A DNA stretch of 64,000 nucleotides. Source: Isurus oxyrinchus (Eukaryota). Positions 36,010-47,529 of this stretch are shown here, piece by piece (position 1 is the first letter of the stretch; the number at the start of each line of letters is the position of its first letter). The notes under the pieces are model-generated. The model was not told where the DNA came from and made no database searches. It saw only the letters and a program-made list of their open reading frames with translations. The stretch covers positions 16,430,001 through 16,494,000 of the forward strand of contig JANJGN010000034.1 of assembly GCA_026770705.1 (NCBI GenBank). The letters run 5' to 3'. The translations under genes were made by a program, and so were the position numbers.

Positions 36010-37420
36010 CCTCATCCAAAACTCTGCCGCACACAACCCCCACCCAATGTCCTAACTCGCACCGAGTCCGGTCCACCCATCGCGCCCTGTCACTCGCTGA
36101 CCCACACTGGCTCCCGGTCCAGAAGCAACTCCATTTTCAAATCCTCATCCTTGTTTTCAAATGCAGCCCCTACAACCTTCCCTATCTCTGTAACCTCCTC
36201 CAACCCCTACAAACCTCCCTATCTCTGTAACCTCCTCCAGCCCCTACAACTCTCCCTATCTCTGTAACCTCCTCCAGCCCCTACAACCCTCCCTATCTCT
36301 GTAACATCCTCCAGTTCCTACAACCCTCCCTATCTCTGTAACCTCTTCCAACCCCTACAAACCTCCCTATCTCTGTAAAATCCTCCAGGCCCCACAACCC
36401 TCCCTATCTCTGTAACCTCCTCCAACCCCTAAAAACCTCCCTATCTCTGTAACCTCCTCCAGCCCCTACAACCCTCCCTATCTGTGTAACCTCCTCCAGA
36501 CCCTACAACCCTCCCCATATCTGTAACCTCCTCCAACCCCTACAACCCTCCCTATCTCTGAAACCTCCTCCAGCCCCTACAACCCTCCCTATCCCTGCAA
36601 CCTCCTCCAGCCCCTACAACCCTCCCTATCCCTGTAACCACCTCCAGCCCCTACAACACTCCCTATCTCTGTAACCTACCCCAGCCTCTACAACCCTCCC
36701 TATCTCTGTAACCTCCTCCAACCCCTACAACCCTCCCTATCTCTGAAACCTCCTCCAGCCCCTACAACCCTCCCTATCCCTGCAACCTCCTCCAGCCCCT
36801 ACAACCCTCCCTTCTCTCTGTAACCTTCTCCAGCCCCTACAACCCTCCCTATCTCTGTAACCTACCCCAGCCCCTACAACCCTCCCTATCTCTGTAACTT
36901 CTTCCAGCCCCTACAACCCTCCCTATCTCTGTAAACTCCTCCAGCTCCTACACCCCTCCCTATCTCTAAACTCCTCCAGCTACTACACCCCTCTCTATCT
37001 CTGTAAGCACCTTCAGCCCCTACAACCCTCTCTATCTTTGTAACCTCCTGCAGCCCCTACAACCCTCCCTATCTCTGGAACCTCCTCCAGCCCCTACAAC
37101 CCTCCGAGATCTCTGCGCTCCTCCAATTCTGGCCTCTTGACCATCCCCCCATTCCCATCGCTCCACCATTGGCGGCCGTGCCTTCAGCTGCCTGGGGGCC
37201 CTGAGCTCTGGAATTCCCTCCCTAAACCTCTCCCACCCTCTCTCTCTCTGCCTCACTCATCTTTAAGACCCTCCATAAAATCTTCATCTTTGAAAAAGGT
37301 TTGACTAAAATCTCCTAATAATGCTGCAAGAGGCACAGTGTCAGATTTCTGCCAAATAACCAGTCCTGTAAAGCATCTTGGGAGATTTCAAGTTGCTATA
37401 CGAACGCAATTTGTTGTTGA
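36010..37420 (+). mobile_element. L2-clade LINE 3' fragment containing a 37-bp minisatellite (about 36165-37104, ~25 copies)
   Basis: LADPHWLPVQKQLHFQILILVFK..PYLCNLLQP resembles the L2 ORF2 C-terminus. Unit CTCTGTAACCTCCTCCAGCCCCTACAACCCTCCCTAT, period 37; L2 resumes at CCGAGATCTCTGCGCTCCTCC. Confidence 0.85.
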
Positions 37421-37659
37421 TTACATCTTATGGGTAGCTACAATTGAGAGCAACTGAAACCAAACCTTGTGGATCTCAAGCTGATTCATGTCTTGGGCGC
37501 TGACATACTGAGCAAAGCCCTTCCCTATTCCTTCCTCGAATTCTCAGATGCTGAGGTCATGGGGCCCAGAATATTGAACCAGTCCCGAGGAACAATTCCA
37601 CACTCCTAAAACAGAACGCGAGCTCCAGTGAGCAACGTGAACGAAAGGTTACGGGAGAT

Positions 37660-38402
37660 AGATAAAGAGTAAAGGTCCCGCTACACTATCCCCATCAAAC
37701 ACTCCCAGGAGAGGTGCAGCACGGGGTTAGATACAGAGTAAAGCTCCCTCTGCTCTGTCCCCATCAAACACTCCCAGGACAGGTACAGCACGGGGTTAGA
37801 TACAGAGTAAAGCTCCCTCTATACTGTCCCCATCAAACACTCCCAGGACAGGTACAGCACAGGGCAAGATACAGAGTAAAGCTCCCTCTATACTGTCCCC
37901 ATCAAACACTCCCAGGACAGGTACAACAAAGGGTTAGATACAGAATAAATTTCCCTCTACACCGGCCATCAAACACTCCCAGGAGAGAAAGAGCATGGGG
38001 TTAGATACAGAGTAAAGCTCCCTCTACACTGTCTCCATCACACACTCCCAGGACAAGTGCAGCACAGGGTTAGATACACAGTAAAGCTCCCTCTACACTG
38101 TCCCCATCAAACACTCCCAGGACAGGTACAGCACGGGTTAGATACAGAGTAAAGCTCCCTCTACACTGTCTCCATCAAACACTCCCAGGACAGGTACAGC
38201 ATGGGGTTAGATACAGAGTAAAGCTCCCTCTACACTGTCTCCATCAAACACTCCCAGGACAGGTACAGCATGGGGTTAGATACAGAGTAAAGCTCCCTCT
38301 ACGCCGTCCCCATCAAACACTCCCAGGACAGGAACAGCACGGGGTTAGATACAGAGTAAAGCTCTGTCCACACTGTCCCCATCAAACACTCCCAGGACAG
38401 GT
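37660..38402 (+). repeat. 69-bp minisatellite, ~10-11 copies
   Basis: Same unit as 20540-21113, opposite orientation. Confidence 0.95.
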
Positions 38403-38479
38403 CTGGTGTAGAATATTCTATGTTGATAGGTGTATGTTGACTGGTGTTAAACACAGACCCAGTAACCAGACTAGAATAT

Positions 38480-38640
38480 GTCTGAGCGGAAGTGAAACTA
38501 TTCTTGTTGAGGTGAAGAAGTCACCCCCACAGCACTGGCTGCTGGTTCCGGTCCCCGCAGGTACTTCTCCATTCCACCCACCACCCCAACTCCGCCATGT
38601 CCAAACTCCTGTCTGACCTGGAACTGAAAGTAACATGTAA
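38480..38640. promoter_or_regulatory. Candidate enhancer with two Ets-IRF composite elements
   Basis: GGAAGTGAAACT (38488-38499) and GGAACTGAAAGT (38620-38631) both match GGAAnnGAAA, within a short unique island. Confidence 0.45.
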
Positions 38641-38689
38641 CAGCCATCACACACCGCCTCAAAGAACTTCCCCTCTTACACCTATTGAC

Positions 38690-41370
38690 ACTTCAGGACA
38701 ACACAAAGCCTTTCACAACCAATGGGCCTTTTGAAGAGGGCTCACTGTCATTTTACAGAGAAACGTGGCAGTCACTTTGCACACAGCAAGTTCCCACAAA
38801 CAGCAATGTGAGAACCACCCAGACAGAGAGTAACGCTCCCTCTACACTGTCTCCATCAAACACTCCCAGGACAGGTACAGCACAGGGTTAGATACAGAGT
38901 AAATCTCCCTCTACACTGTCTCCATCAAACACTCACAGGACAGGTACAGCATGGGGTTAGATACAGAGTAAAGCTCCCTCTACACTGTCTCCATCAAACA
39001 CTCACAGGACAGGTACAGCACGGGGTTAGATACAGAGTAACGCTCCCTCTACACTGTCTCCATCAAACAGTCCCAGGGACAGGTACAGCACAGGGTTAGA
39101 TACAGAGTAAAGCTCCCTCTACACTGTCCCCATCAAACACTCCCAGGACAGGTACAGCACGGGGTTAGATACAGAGTAAAGCTCCCACTACACTGTCCCC
39201 ATCAAACACTCCCAGGACAGGTACAGCACGGGGTTAGATACAGAGTAAAGCTCCCTCTACACTGTCTCCATCAAACACTCCCAGGACAGGTACAGCACGG
39301 GGTTAGATACAGAGGAAAGCTCCCTCTACACTGTCTCCATCAAACACTCACAGGACAGGTACAGCACGGGGTTAGATACAGAGTAACGCTCCCTCTACAC
39401 TGTCTCCATCAAACAGTCCCAGGGACAGGTACAGCACAGGGTTAGATACAGAGTAAAGCTCCCTCTACACTGTCCCCATCAAACACTCCCAGGACAGGTA
39501 CAGCACGGGGTTAGATACAGAGTAAAGCTCCCACTACACTGTCCCCATCAAACACTCCCAGGACAGGTACAGCACGGGGTTAGATACAGAGTAAAGCTCC
39601 CTCTACACTGTCTCCATCAAACACTCCCAGGACAGGTACAGCACGGGGTTAGATACAGAGGAAAGCTCCCTCTCCACCAAACACTCTCAGGACAGGTACA
39701 GCGCACTTTTTACGATGTTGGTTGAGGGATAAATATTGGCCCCAGGAAACCGGGGAGAACTCCCCCCTGCTCTTCTTCCAAATATTGGCTGTGAGATCTT
39801 TTACACACACCTGGCAGGGCAGACTGGGGCCTCGGTTTAATGTCTTATCTGAAGCATGGCACCTCCAACACTACAGCATTCCGTCAGTACTGACCCTTCA
39901 ACAGTGCGGCGCTCCCTCAGTACTGACCCTCCAACAGTGCAGCACTCCCTCAGTACTGACCCTCCAACCGTGCAGCACTCCCTCAGTACTGACACTCCAA
40001 CAGTGCAGCACTCCCTCAGTACTGACCCTCCAACAGTGCAGCACTCCCTCAGTACTGACCCTCTGACAGTGCAGCACTCCCTCAGTACTGACCCTCCAAC
40101 AATGCAGCACTCCCTCAGTACTGACCCTCCAACCGTGCAGCACTCCCTCAGTACTGACACTCCAACAGTGCAGCACTCCCTCAGTACTGACCCTCCAACA
40201 GTGCAGCACTCCCTCAGTACTGACCCTCTGACAGTGCAGCGCTCCCTCAGTACTGACCCTCCAACAGTGCAGCGCTCCCTCAGTACTGACCCTCTGACAG
40301 TGCAGCGCTCCCTCAGTACTGACACTCTGACAGTGCGGCACTCCCTCAGTACTGACCCTCCGACAGTGCAGCACTCTCTCAGTACTGACCCTCTGACAGT
40401 GCAGCACTCCCTCAGTATTGACCCTCTGACAGTGCAGCACTCCCTCAGTACAGACCCTCTGACAGTGCAGTACTCCCTCAGTACTGACCCTCCGACAGTG
40501 CAGCACTCCCTCTGTACTGACCCTCTGACAGTGCAGCACTCCCTCAGTACTGACCCTCCAACAGTGCAGTGCTCCCTCATTACTGACCCTCTGACAGTGC
40601 AGCACTCCCTCAGTACTGACCCTCCAACAGTGCAGCACTCCCTCAGTACTGACCCTCTGACAGTGCAGCGCTCCCTCAGTACTGACCCTCCAACAGTGCA
40701 GCGCTCCCTCAGTACTGACCCTCTGACAGTGCAGCGCTCCCTCAGTACTGACACTCTGACAGTGCGGCACTCCCTCAGTACTGACCCTCCGACAGTGCAG
40801 CACTCTCTCAGTACTGACCCTCTGACAGTGCAGCACTCCCTCAGTATTGACCCTCTGACAGTGCAGCACTCCCTCAGTACAGACCCTCTGACAGTGCAGT
40901 ACTCCCTCAGTACTGACCCTCCGACAGTGCAGCTCTCCCTCAGTACTGACCCTCTGACAGTGCAGCACTCCCTCAGTACTGACCCTCTGACAGTGCAGCA
41001 CTCCTTCAGTACTGACTCTCTGACAGTGCAGCACTCCCCAGTACTGACCCTCCGATAGTACAGCCCTCCCTCAGTACTGACCCTCCGACAGTGCAGCACT
41101 CCCTCTGTACTGATCCTCTGACAGTTCAGCACTCCCTCAGTACTGACCCTCCAACAGTGCAGTGCTCCCTCATTACTGACCCTCTGACAGTGCAGCACTC
41201 CCTCAGTACAGACCCTCTGACAGTGCAGCACTCCCTCTGTACTGACCCTCTGACAGTGCAGCGCTCCCTCAGCACTGACCCTCCGACAGTGCAGTGCTCC
41301 CTCAGTACTGACCATCCGACAGTGCAGCACTCCCTCAGTACTGACCCTCTGACAGTGCAGCGCTCCATCT
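38690..41370 (-). mobile_element. Deu-domain-type SINE interrupted by a 69-bp array (about 38820-39703, ~13 copies) and carrying a 33-bp array (about 39860-41370, ~45 copies)
   Basis: SINE tail 38690-38822 and body 39705-39880 are reverse-complement homologues of 31650-31866; the arrays are evident from their periodicity. Confidence 0.85.
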
Positions 41371-41779
41371 GTACTTATCAACGTGTAGAAGACACAGGAA
41401 CTAAATACGTTAAGGGACTGGGAATGACGCTCGCCAGAATACGCCTGTCATTCCAGCACCAGGCAAGATTGCAGGCAGGAAGCAAAACTTTGGAGATTGC
41501 GCAAAAGTCTTTTGACCTTTGACCAAATATTACTGTCCTGCCTGTGGCGATGCCCACTGCTGGCTGGACTGGAAAGTCCCACTGCTTGTATCTATCCCGC
41601 CCTTCACATATGCTCCATTTTTCAAACCTCGAAATCACCTGTGGATCTATATTTCTCTACAGTGCAAAATTCCATCCCCCTCAGGGATCTTGAAAATATG
41701 ACGCTTTAAACAACAGCCTGAACACTTCTGCCCCCCAGTTTAACATTTTAATTTCGGAAGTTCATAGAAACCATGAAGA

Positions 41780-44700
41780 TAGAATAGTCCATCACAGATA
41801 ACTGGGCTCTTCAACCCATCGCCAGCCCTTTGTAATCTGTTCAATTAGTCCCCACTCTCTACCCCCCCTCTGCTCTTTCCCCCATATCCCTGCAAATTTT
41901 CCCCCCCTCAAGTGTTTATCCAATTCCCCCTTTTGAAAGTTCCTATTGAATCTGCTTCCACCGCCCTTTCAGGCTGCGCCTTCCAGATCACAACAACTCG
42001 CTGTGTCAAAATAAAATTCCCCTTATCTCCCCCTCTGGTTCTTTTCCCGATTCTCTTCAATCTGTGTCCCTCTGGTTACCGACCCTCCTGTCACTGGAAA
42101 CAGTTTCTCCTTATTGACTCTATCCAAACCCCCTCATGATTCCGAACGCCTCGAATCAATCTCCCCCTTAACCTGCTCTGCTCTAAGGAGAACAATCCCA
42201 GCTTCTCCAGTCTCTCCACATGAACTGAAGTCTCTCATCCCTGGGGCTGTTTGAGTGAATCTTCTCCGCACCCTTCCCCAAGGCATCATTCCCATAAAGT
42301 CCAGAATTGGCCATTCTCCAGCTGGGTTTTCCATAAGTTTTACTTTACACCGCCCTGCTTTTTGTACCCCATATGCCTGCAGTTGTAAAGCTCATTATCC
42401 CAAGTTGAAGTATCCAAGCATTTAAATTGAACGGGCTGAAATATTCGTGGCATGGAAGGTCTACTAATTCCTCCACCAATCCTGGGCCTAAGTTTCTGAA
42501 GAGGCCCAGTCAAAGGTGCCCCATCCTGGGACCACCCTTAGTCAATTTCCTCCCTTCTGTTTTTGCTTAAAAAAACCTCAGGAAGTCAACTGATTGGACA
42601 TAAAAAAAATTCCCCCAAAAAAATAACTGGAAGGAGCCTCTTACTCATTTTAAAGGGCAAAAGGGAAGATATTTTGATTCTGATCTGATGATATCATATT
42701 GGGACCAGTTAAAGTTCTGTTGTCAAAGTTCCCTTTAATGTTTTGTGAACCTGTTTTTGGGTGTGGAATAGACCAGGAATCGGAGAATTTTAACTCGCTA
42801 CGGGGAGAATTCTGCCTAACGGGCCAATACTGGACAACATCCAGGCTTGGGCTAATAAACGGTAACATTCGGGCCACACAAGTGCCAGGCAATGACCATC
42901 TCCAACAAGAGAGAATCTAACCATCGCCCCTTGACATTCAATGGCATTACCATCACTGAATCCCCCACCATCAACATCCTGGGGGTTGCCATTGACCAGG
43001 AACTGAACTGGACTAGCCATATAAATACTGTGGCTACAAGAGCAGGTCAGAGGCTGGGAATCCTGCGGTGAGTAACTCACCTCCTGACTCCCCAAAGCCT
43101 GTCCACCATTTACAAGGCACAAGTCAGGAGTGTGATGGAATACTCCCCACTTGCCTGGATGAATGCAGCTCGAACAACTCATGAAGCTTGACACCATCCA
43201 GGACAAAGCAGCCCTGCTTGATTGGCACCCCATCTACAAACATTCACTCCCTCCACCACCGACACACAGTAGCAGCAGTGTGTGTACCATCTACAAGATG
43301 CACTGCAGGAATTCACCAAGGCTCCTTCGACAGCACCTTCCAAACACACGACCACTACCATCTAGAAGGACAAGGGCAGCAGACACATGGGAACACCACC
43401 ACCTGGAAGTTCCCCTCCAAGCCACCCACCATCCTGACTTGGAAATATATCGGGCTTTCATTCACTGTTGCTGGGTCAAAATCCTGGAGCTCCCTTCCTC
43501 ACAGCATGGTGGGTGTATATACAAACATACGAATTTGATGGTCAATGTAAGCTCAGAATTGGAAGAGAATATATGAACAAGGAGCAGGAGGAGGCCATTC
43601 AGCCCCTCGAGCCTGTTCTACCATTTAATCAGATCATGGCTGATCTGACAGTAACCTGAAATCTGCATCCCACCTACCCCCCCACCAACCACCACTCCCC
43701 CCACCCTCCCACACCCAACCCCCCACCCCCCCCCCCCCACCCACACCCCCACCCCCCGATAACCTATCACCCCCTTTGCTTACCAAGAATCTAGTCACCT
43801 CTGCCTTAAAGATATTCAAACATTCTGCTTCCAACGCCTTTACAGGAAGGGAGTTAGTTCCAAAGACTCACAACCCTCTGAGTGAAAAGATTTCACATCA
43901 TCTCTGTTTTAGATGGGCGACCCCCCCTTATTTTTTAAACAGTGACCCCTCTTTCTGGATTCTCCCACAAGAGGAAGCATCCTCTGCGCATCCACCCTAT
44001 CGAGACCCCCTCAGGGGTTCAATCCAGTTGCCTCTTACTCATCTAAACTCCAGCAGATACAAGCCTGGCCTGTCCAGCCTTTCCTCAAAAGACAACCCAC
44101 CCAATTCCTGGTACCAGTCCAGTGAACGTCCTCTGAACTGCTTCCAACGCATTTACATCATTCCTTTAATAAGGAGACCAGTACTGTACACAGTACTCCA
44201 GATGTGGTCTCACCAGCGCCCTGTACAACTGAAGCATAAACTCTCTACGTGTGTATTCAATCCCCCTCACAATAAGTGATAATATTCTATTAGCTTTCCG
44301 AAATGACAGACAGTTACCTGCATAATAGCCTTTTGTGATTCTACACCACAGGGGACTGCAGTGGTTCAAGGAGGCAGCTCACCACCACCTTCTCAAGGGG
44401 CAATTAGAGATGGGCAATAAACGCTGGGCCCAGCCAGAGACGCCCACATCCCGTGAGAGAATAAATAATATAAAAGATTGGAAAGGCCTTGCCGTTTGGT
44501 AGCGTAACACCCCCAGGCAAATCAGGCCAAATGAGGCGCCATATGGAGAAACGTTGTGATCTGGAAGGCGCTGCCTGAAAGGGCGGAGGAAGCAGATTCA
44601 TCGGATCTTTCAAAAGGATAAATACTTGAAGGGGAAATGTTTGCAGAGTGATGGTGGGGGAAGAGCTGGGGGTGGAGGGGTGGGGTGAGACTAATTAGAT

Positions 44701-45350
44701 GGATCTTTCAAAGAGCCAGCACAGGCATGATGGGCCAAATGGCCTCCTCCTGTGCAATGTGGTTCGGCAAACAAACGAACAAACTCCCCCACAACTCGGC
44801 ACCTTGTGCCCTCTTAACCTGGCCGATTTTGGAGAGGGATTAAGTACCTGTCGGTGCGGTTCATGTCTCGAAGTGTCATTAGCCCTTGCGCGATGGTATT
44901 CCTATCGCGGTGATGTAACCGGGTCGGGGTTATAGAATGACAGAATCAGGAGCATGGAACAGTGAGGAAAAGAGGGGGCCATTCGGCTCATCGTGTCCGT
45001 ACTAGCTCTCCGAATGAGCCATTGGCTCCGTGCCATTCTCCTGCCTTCTCTCGGTAACCCTGTACATTCCTCCTTTTCAGGCAATGACCTAGTTCCCTTT
45101 CGAATGACTTGATTGAACCTGCCTCCACCACACTCTCAGGCAGTGCACTCCAACTCGCTGCGTGGAAAAGTTTCTCCTCCTGTCCCTTTTACCAATGACT
45201 TTAAATCTGCGCCTCCCGCTCTCATGGTCCTTTCATGAGTGGGGACAGTTTCCCCCTATCTAGCCTGTTCGAACCCAGCCCCCCCTCCCCTCCTCACCCT
45301 CATGATTTTGAATACCTCCATCAAATCTCCCCTCAGCCTTCGCTTCTCCT
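41780..45350. mobile_element. Cluster of LINE fragments: CR1 (-, about 41780-42330), HER1-like (+, about 42825-43515), CR1 (-, about 43570-44340), HER1 tail (+, about 44345-44465), CR1 (+, about 44552-44755), CR1 (-, about 44945-45350)
   Basis: Homology to other copies; translations LQLYRALVRPHLEYCVQYWSPY and KLDTIQDKAA. Confidence 0.75.
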
Positions 45351-45639
45351 GTGCCAAGCACTCGTTCCATATTGCATCACCGGGAATCCTGCCCTCGTTC
45401 AAGTTTCCTAGGTACCCAATCGATCGTTGTGCGGAGGTGACTGAGATAATGGGTAAACAGGATTGCGGCCTACTTCAGGCTTCCACAATCCACCCCCTAT
45501 TGGGGCTGCTCTATTAACAAAACCAAATCATCCTCGATCTAAGGGACCTTCTTTCTTTTCCCAAGAACCATGGGCGATTTGGCTCAACATTGGCTGTCAG
45601 CCACAACAGAAACCTGTATTCATATCGTGGCCCTTAACA

Positions 45640-45900
45640 CAATAGCACATCCTTAAGGCTGACAGCAGCTAATCGGAGAAAAGATTTGACAGCGATCCAC
45701 ATAAGGAGATCTTAAGTGACTAAAGTCGGTTTTTAAGGAGGGGAGAGAGAGAGAGACAGAGGCGGGGAGGTTTAGGGAGGGAATTCCAGAGCTCAGGGCC
45801 CCCCAGGCAGCTGAAGGCCCGGCCGCCAATGGTGGGAGCGATGGGAATCGGGGGATGGTCAAGGGGCCGGAATTGGAGGAGTCCGGAGAGAGGGGCTGGA
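45640..45900 (-). mobile_element. L2-clade 3' fragment without array
   Basis: GGGAGGGAATTCCAGAGCTCAGGGCCCCCAGGCAGCTGAAGG shared with 47730-47790 and, reverse-complemented, with 37170-37225. Confidence 0.75.
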
Positions 45901-46309
45901 GCAGAAATAATGGGCGGAACCTTCTGGTCCTGTCCAGCAGCGGGAATTGTGACGGGGATGGGGAAGTTAATTTGGCCAAAAAGGTCATTCTACCGGTGTC
46001 GGGATGGACTTTGGGAATTCTGGTCTTGGGAGTTAAAGGCAGGTTATGGACAGGTTGAGCGCTCCAGGGAGTGATGTTGGGAAGCCATTTCTCAGGCGTT
46101 AGTATGTCGTGCGTCCCCATTCAAAGGCCACATCGCCACTATTAAAGTCCCCGCCAGTGAGAAACCAGAACGTTCACTTCTATGGTTACATGTAAGGGGC
46201 GTGAAGCTAGTGAACTGGATTCGATTGTCCTCTTCAAGGAGTGTCTGTAAATAGCAGCCTGGTCTTGAGAGCGGGTGGTGGCAGTCCAAGCTGCCTGGAG
46301 GATGACCAA

Positions 46310-47042
46310 GGAAGGGTGGAAGGGTCAAAGGGAAAAGGGTGGAAGGGTCAAAGGGAAAAGGGTGGAAGGGTCAGAGGGAAAAAGGTGGAAGGGTCAGAGG
46401 GATAAAGGTGGAAGGGTCAGAGGGGGAAGGGTGGAAGGGTCAGAGGGGGAAGGGTGGAAAGGTCAGAGGGCAAAGGGGTTAGAGGGGGAAGGGTGGTAGG
46501 GTCAGAGGGGGAAGGGTGGAAGGGTCAGAGGGGAAGGGTGGAAGGGTCAGAGGGGAAGGGTGGATGGGGCAGAGGGAAAAGGGTGGAAGGGTCAAAGCGA
46601 AAAGGTTGGAAGGGTCAGAGGGAAAAAGGTGGAAAGGTCAGAGGAAAAAGGGTGGAATGGTCAGAGGGGGAAGAGTGAAGGGTCAGAGGGGGAAAGATGG
46701 AAAGGTCAGAGGGAAAAGGGGTTAGAGGGGAAGGGTGGAAGGGTCAGAGGAGAAGGGTGGATGGGACAGAGGGGAAAGGGTGAAAGGGTCAGAGGGGGAA
46801 GGTGGCAAGGGCAGAGGGAAAAGGATGGAAGGGTCAGAGGGGGAAGGGTGCAAGGGACAGAGGGGGAAGGGTGGAAGGGACAGAGGGGAAAGGTGGAAGG
46901 GACAGAGGGGGAAGGGTGGAAGGGACAAAGGGGGAAGAGTGGAAGGGTCAGAGGGAAAAGGATGGAAGGGTCAGAGGGAAAGGATCGGAGGAGAAGGGTC
47001 GAAGGGTGAGGAGGGGAAGGGTCAGAGGGGAAGGGTGGAAGG
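46310..47042. repeat. Purine-rich ~22-23-bp tandem repeat (GGGTGGAAGGGTCAGAGGGGGAA), ~32 copies
   Basis: Direct inspection; dense GGG runs. Confidence 0.9.
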
Positions 47043-47529
47043 GATAGTGTGGGGTGTCCCAGATGCTCTTTAAACATGGCGCCCGGACCTTCAACCCCAT
47101 GAGGTATGAGCGGAGAAGGAGGCTTCCTTCCCGCCCCCTCTTTGAGAGTCGGCGAGCTCTTTGTGGATGCACATTTAGTGGAGGTGACAAGTCCCAGAAC
47201 GCCTATGGTCAGCCATCTTAACACCACCACCAACACTCTCCCCCGACAACCAGCCCACCCAGAGGGATCACTCCTGCTACCAGGCCCACCACCAAACTCG
47301 GACTTCAGGGTGGAAGCTTCTGCCAGTGAGTCAGCTGAACAGTTTTCTGAGCAGTTCAGACTCTCGGTCTGTCCCCAGGCTGTTGCCAGTTGGATGTTAT
47401 GGCAACATGATTCATTCTTATCAAGTCAGGGTCAATGGGTAGACCAGCACTGGGGTTTTCCCTCATATCACCAGTACAATCGTTACACCAGTGGGAACCG
47501 AGTCGTTATGTTGGCCAATTAATCGTACA

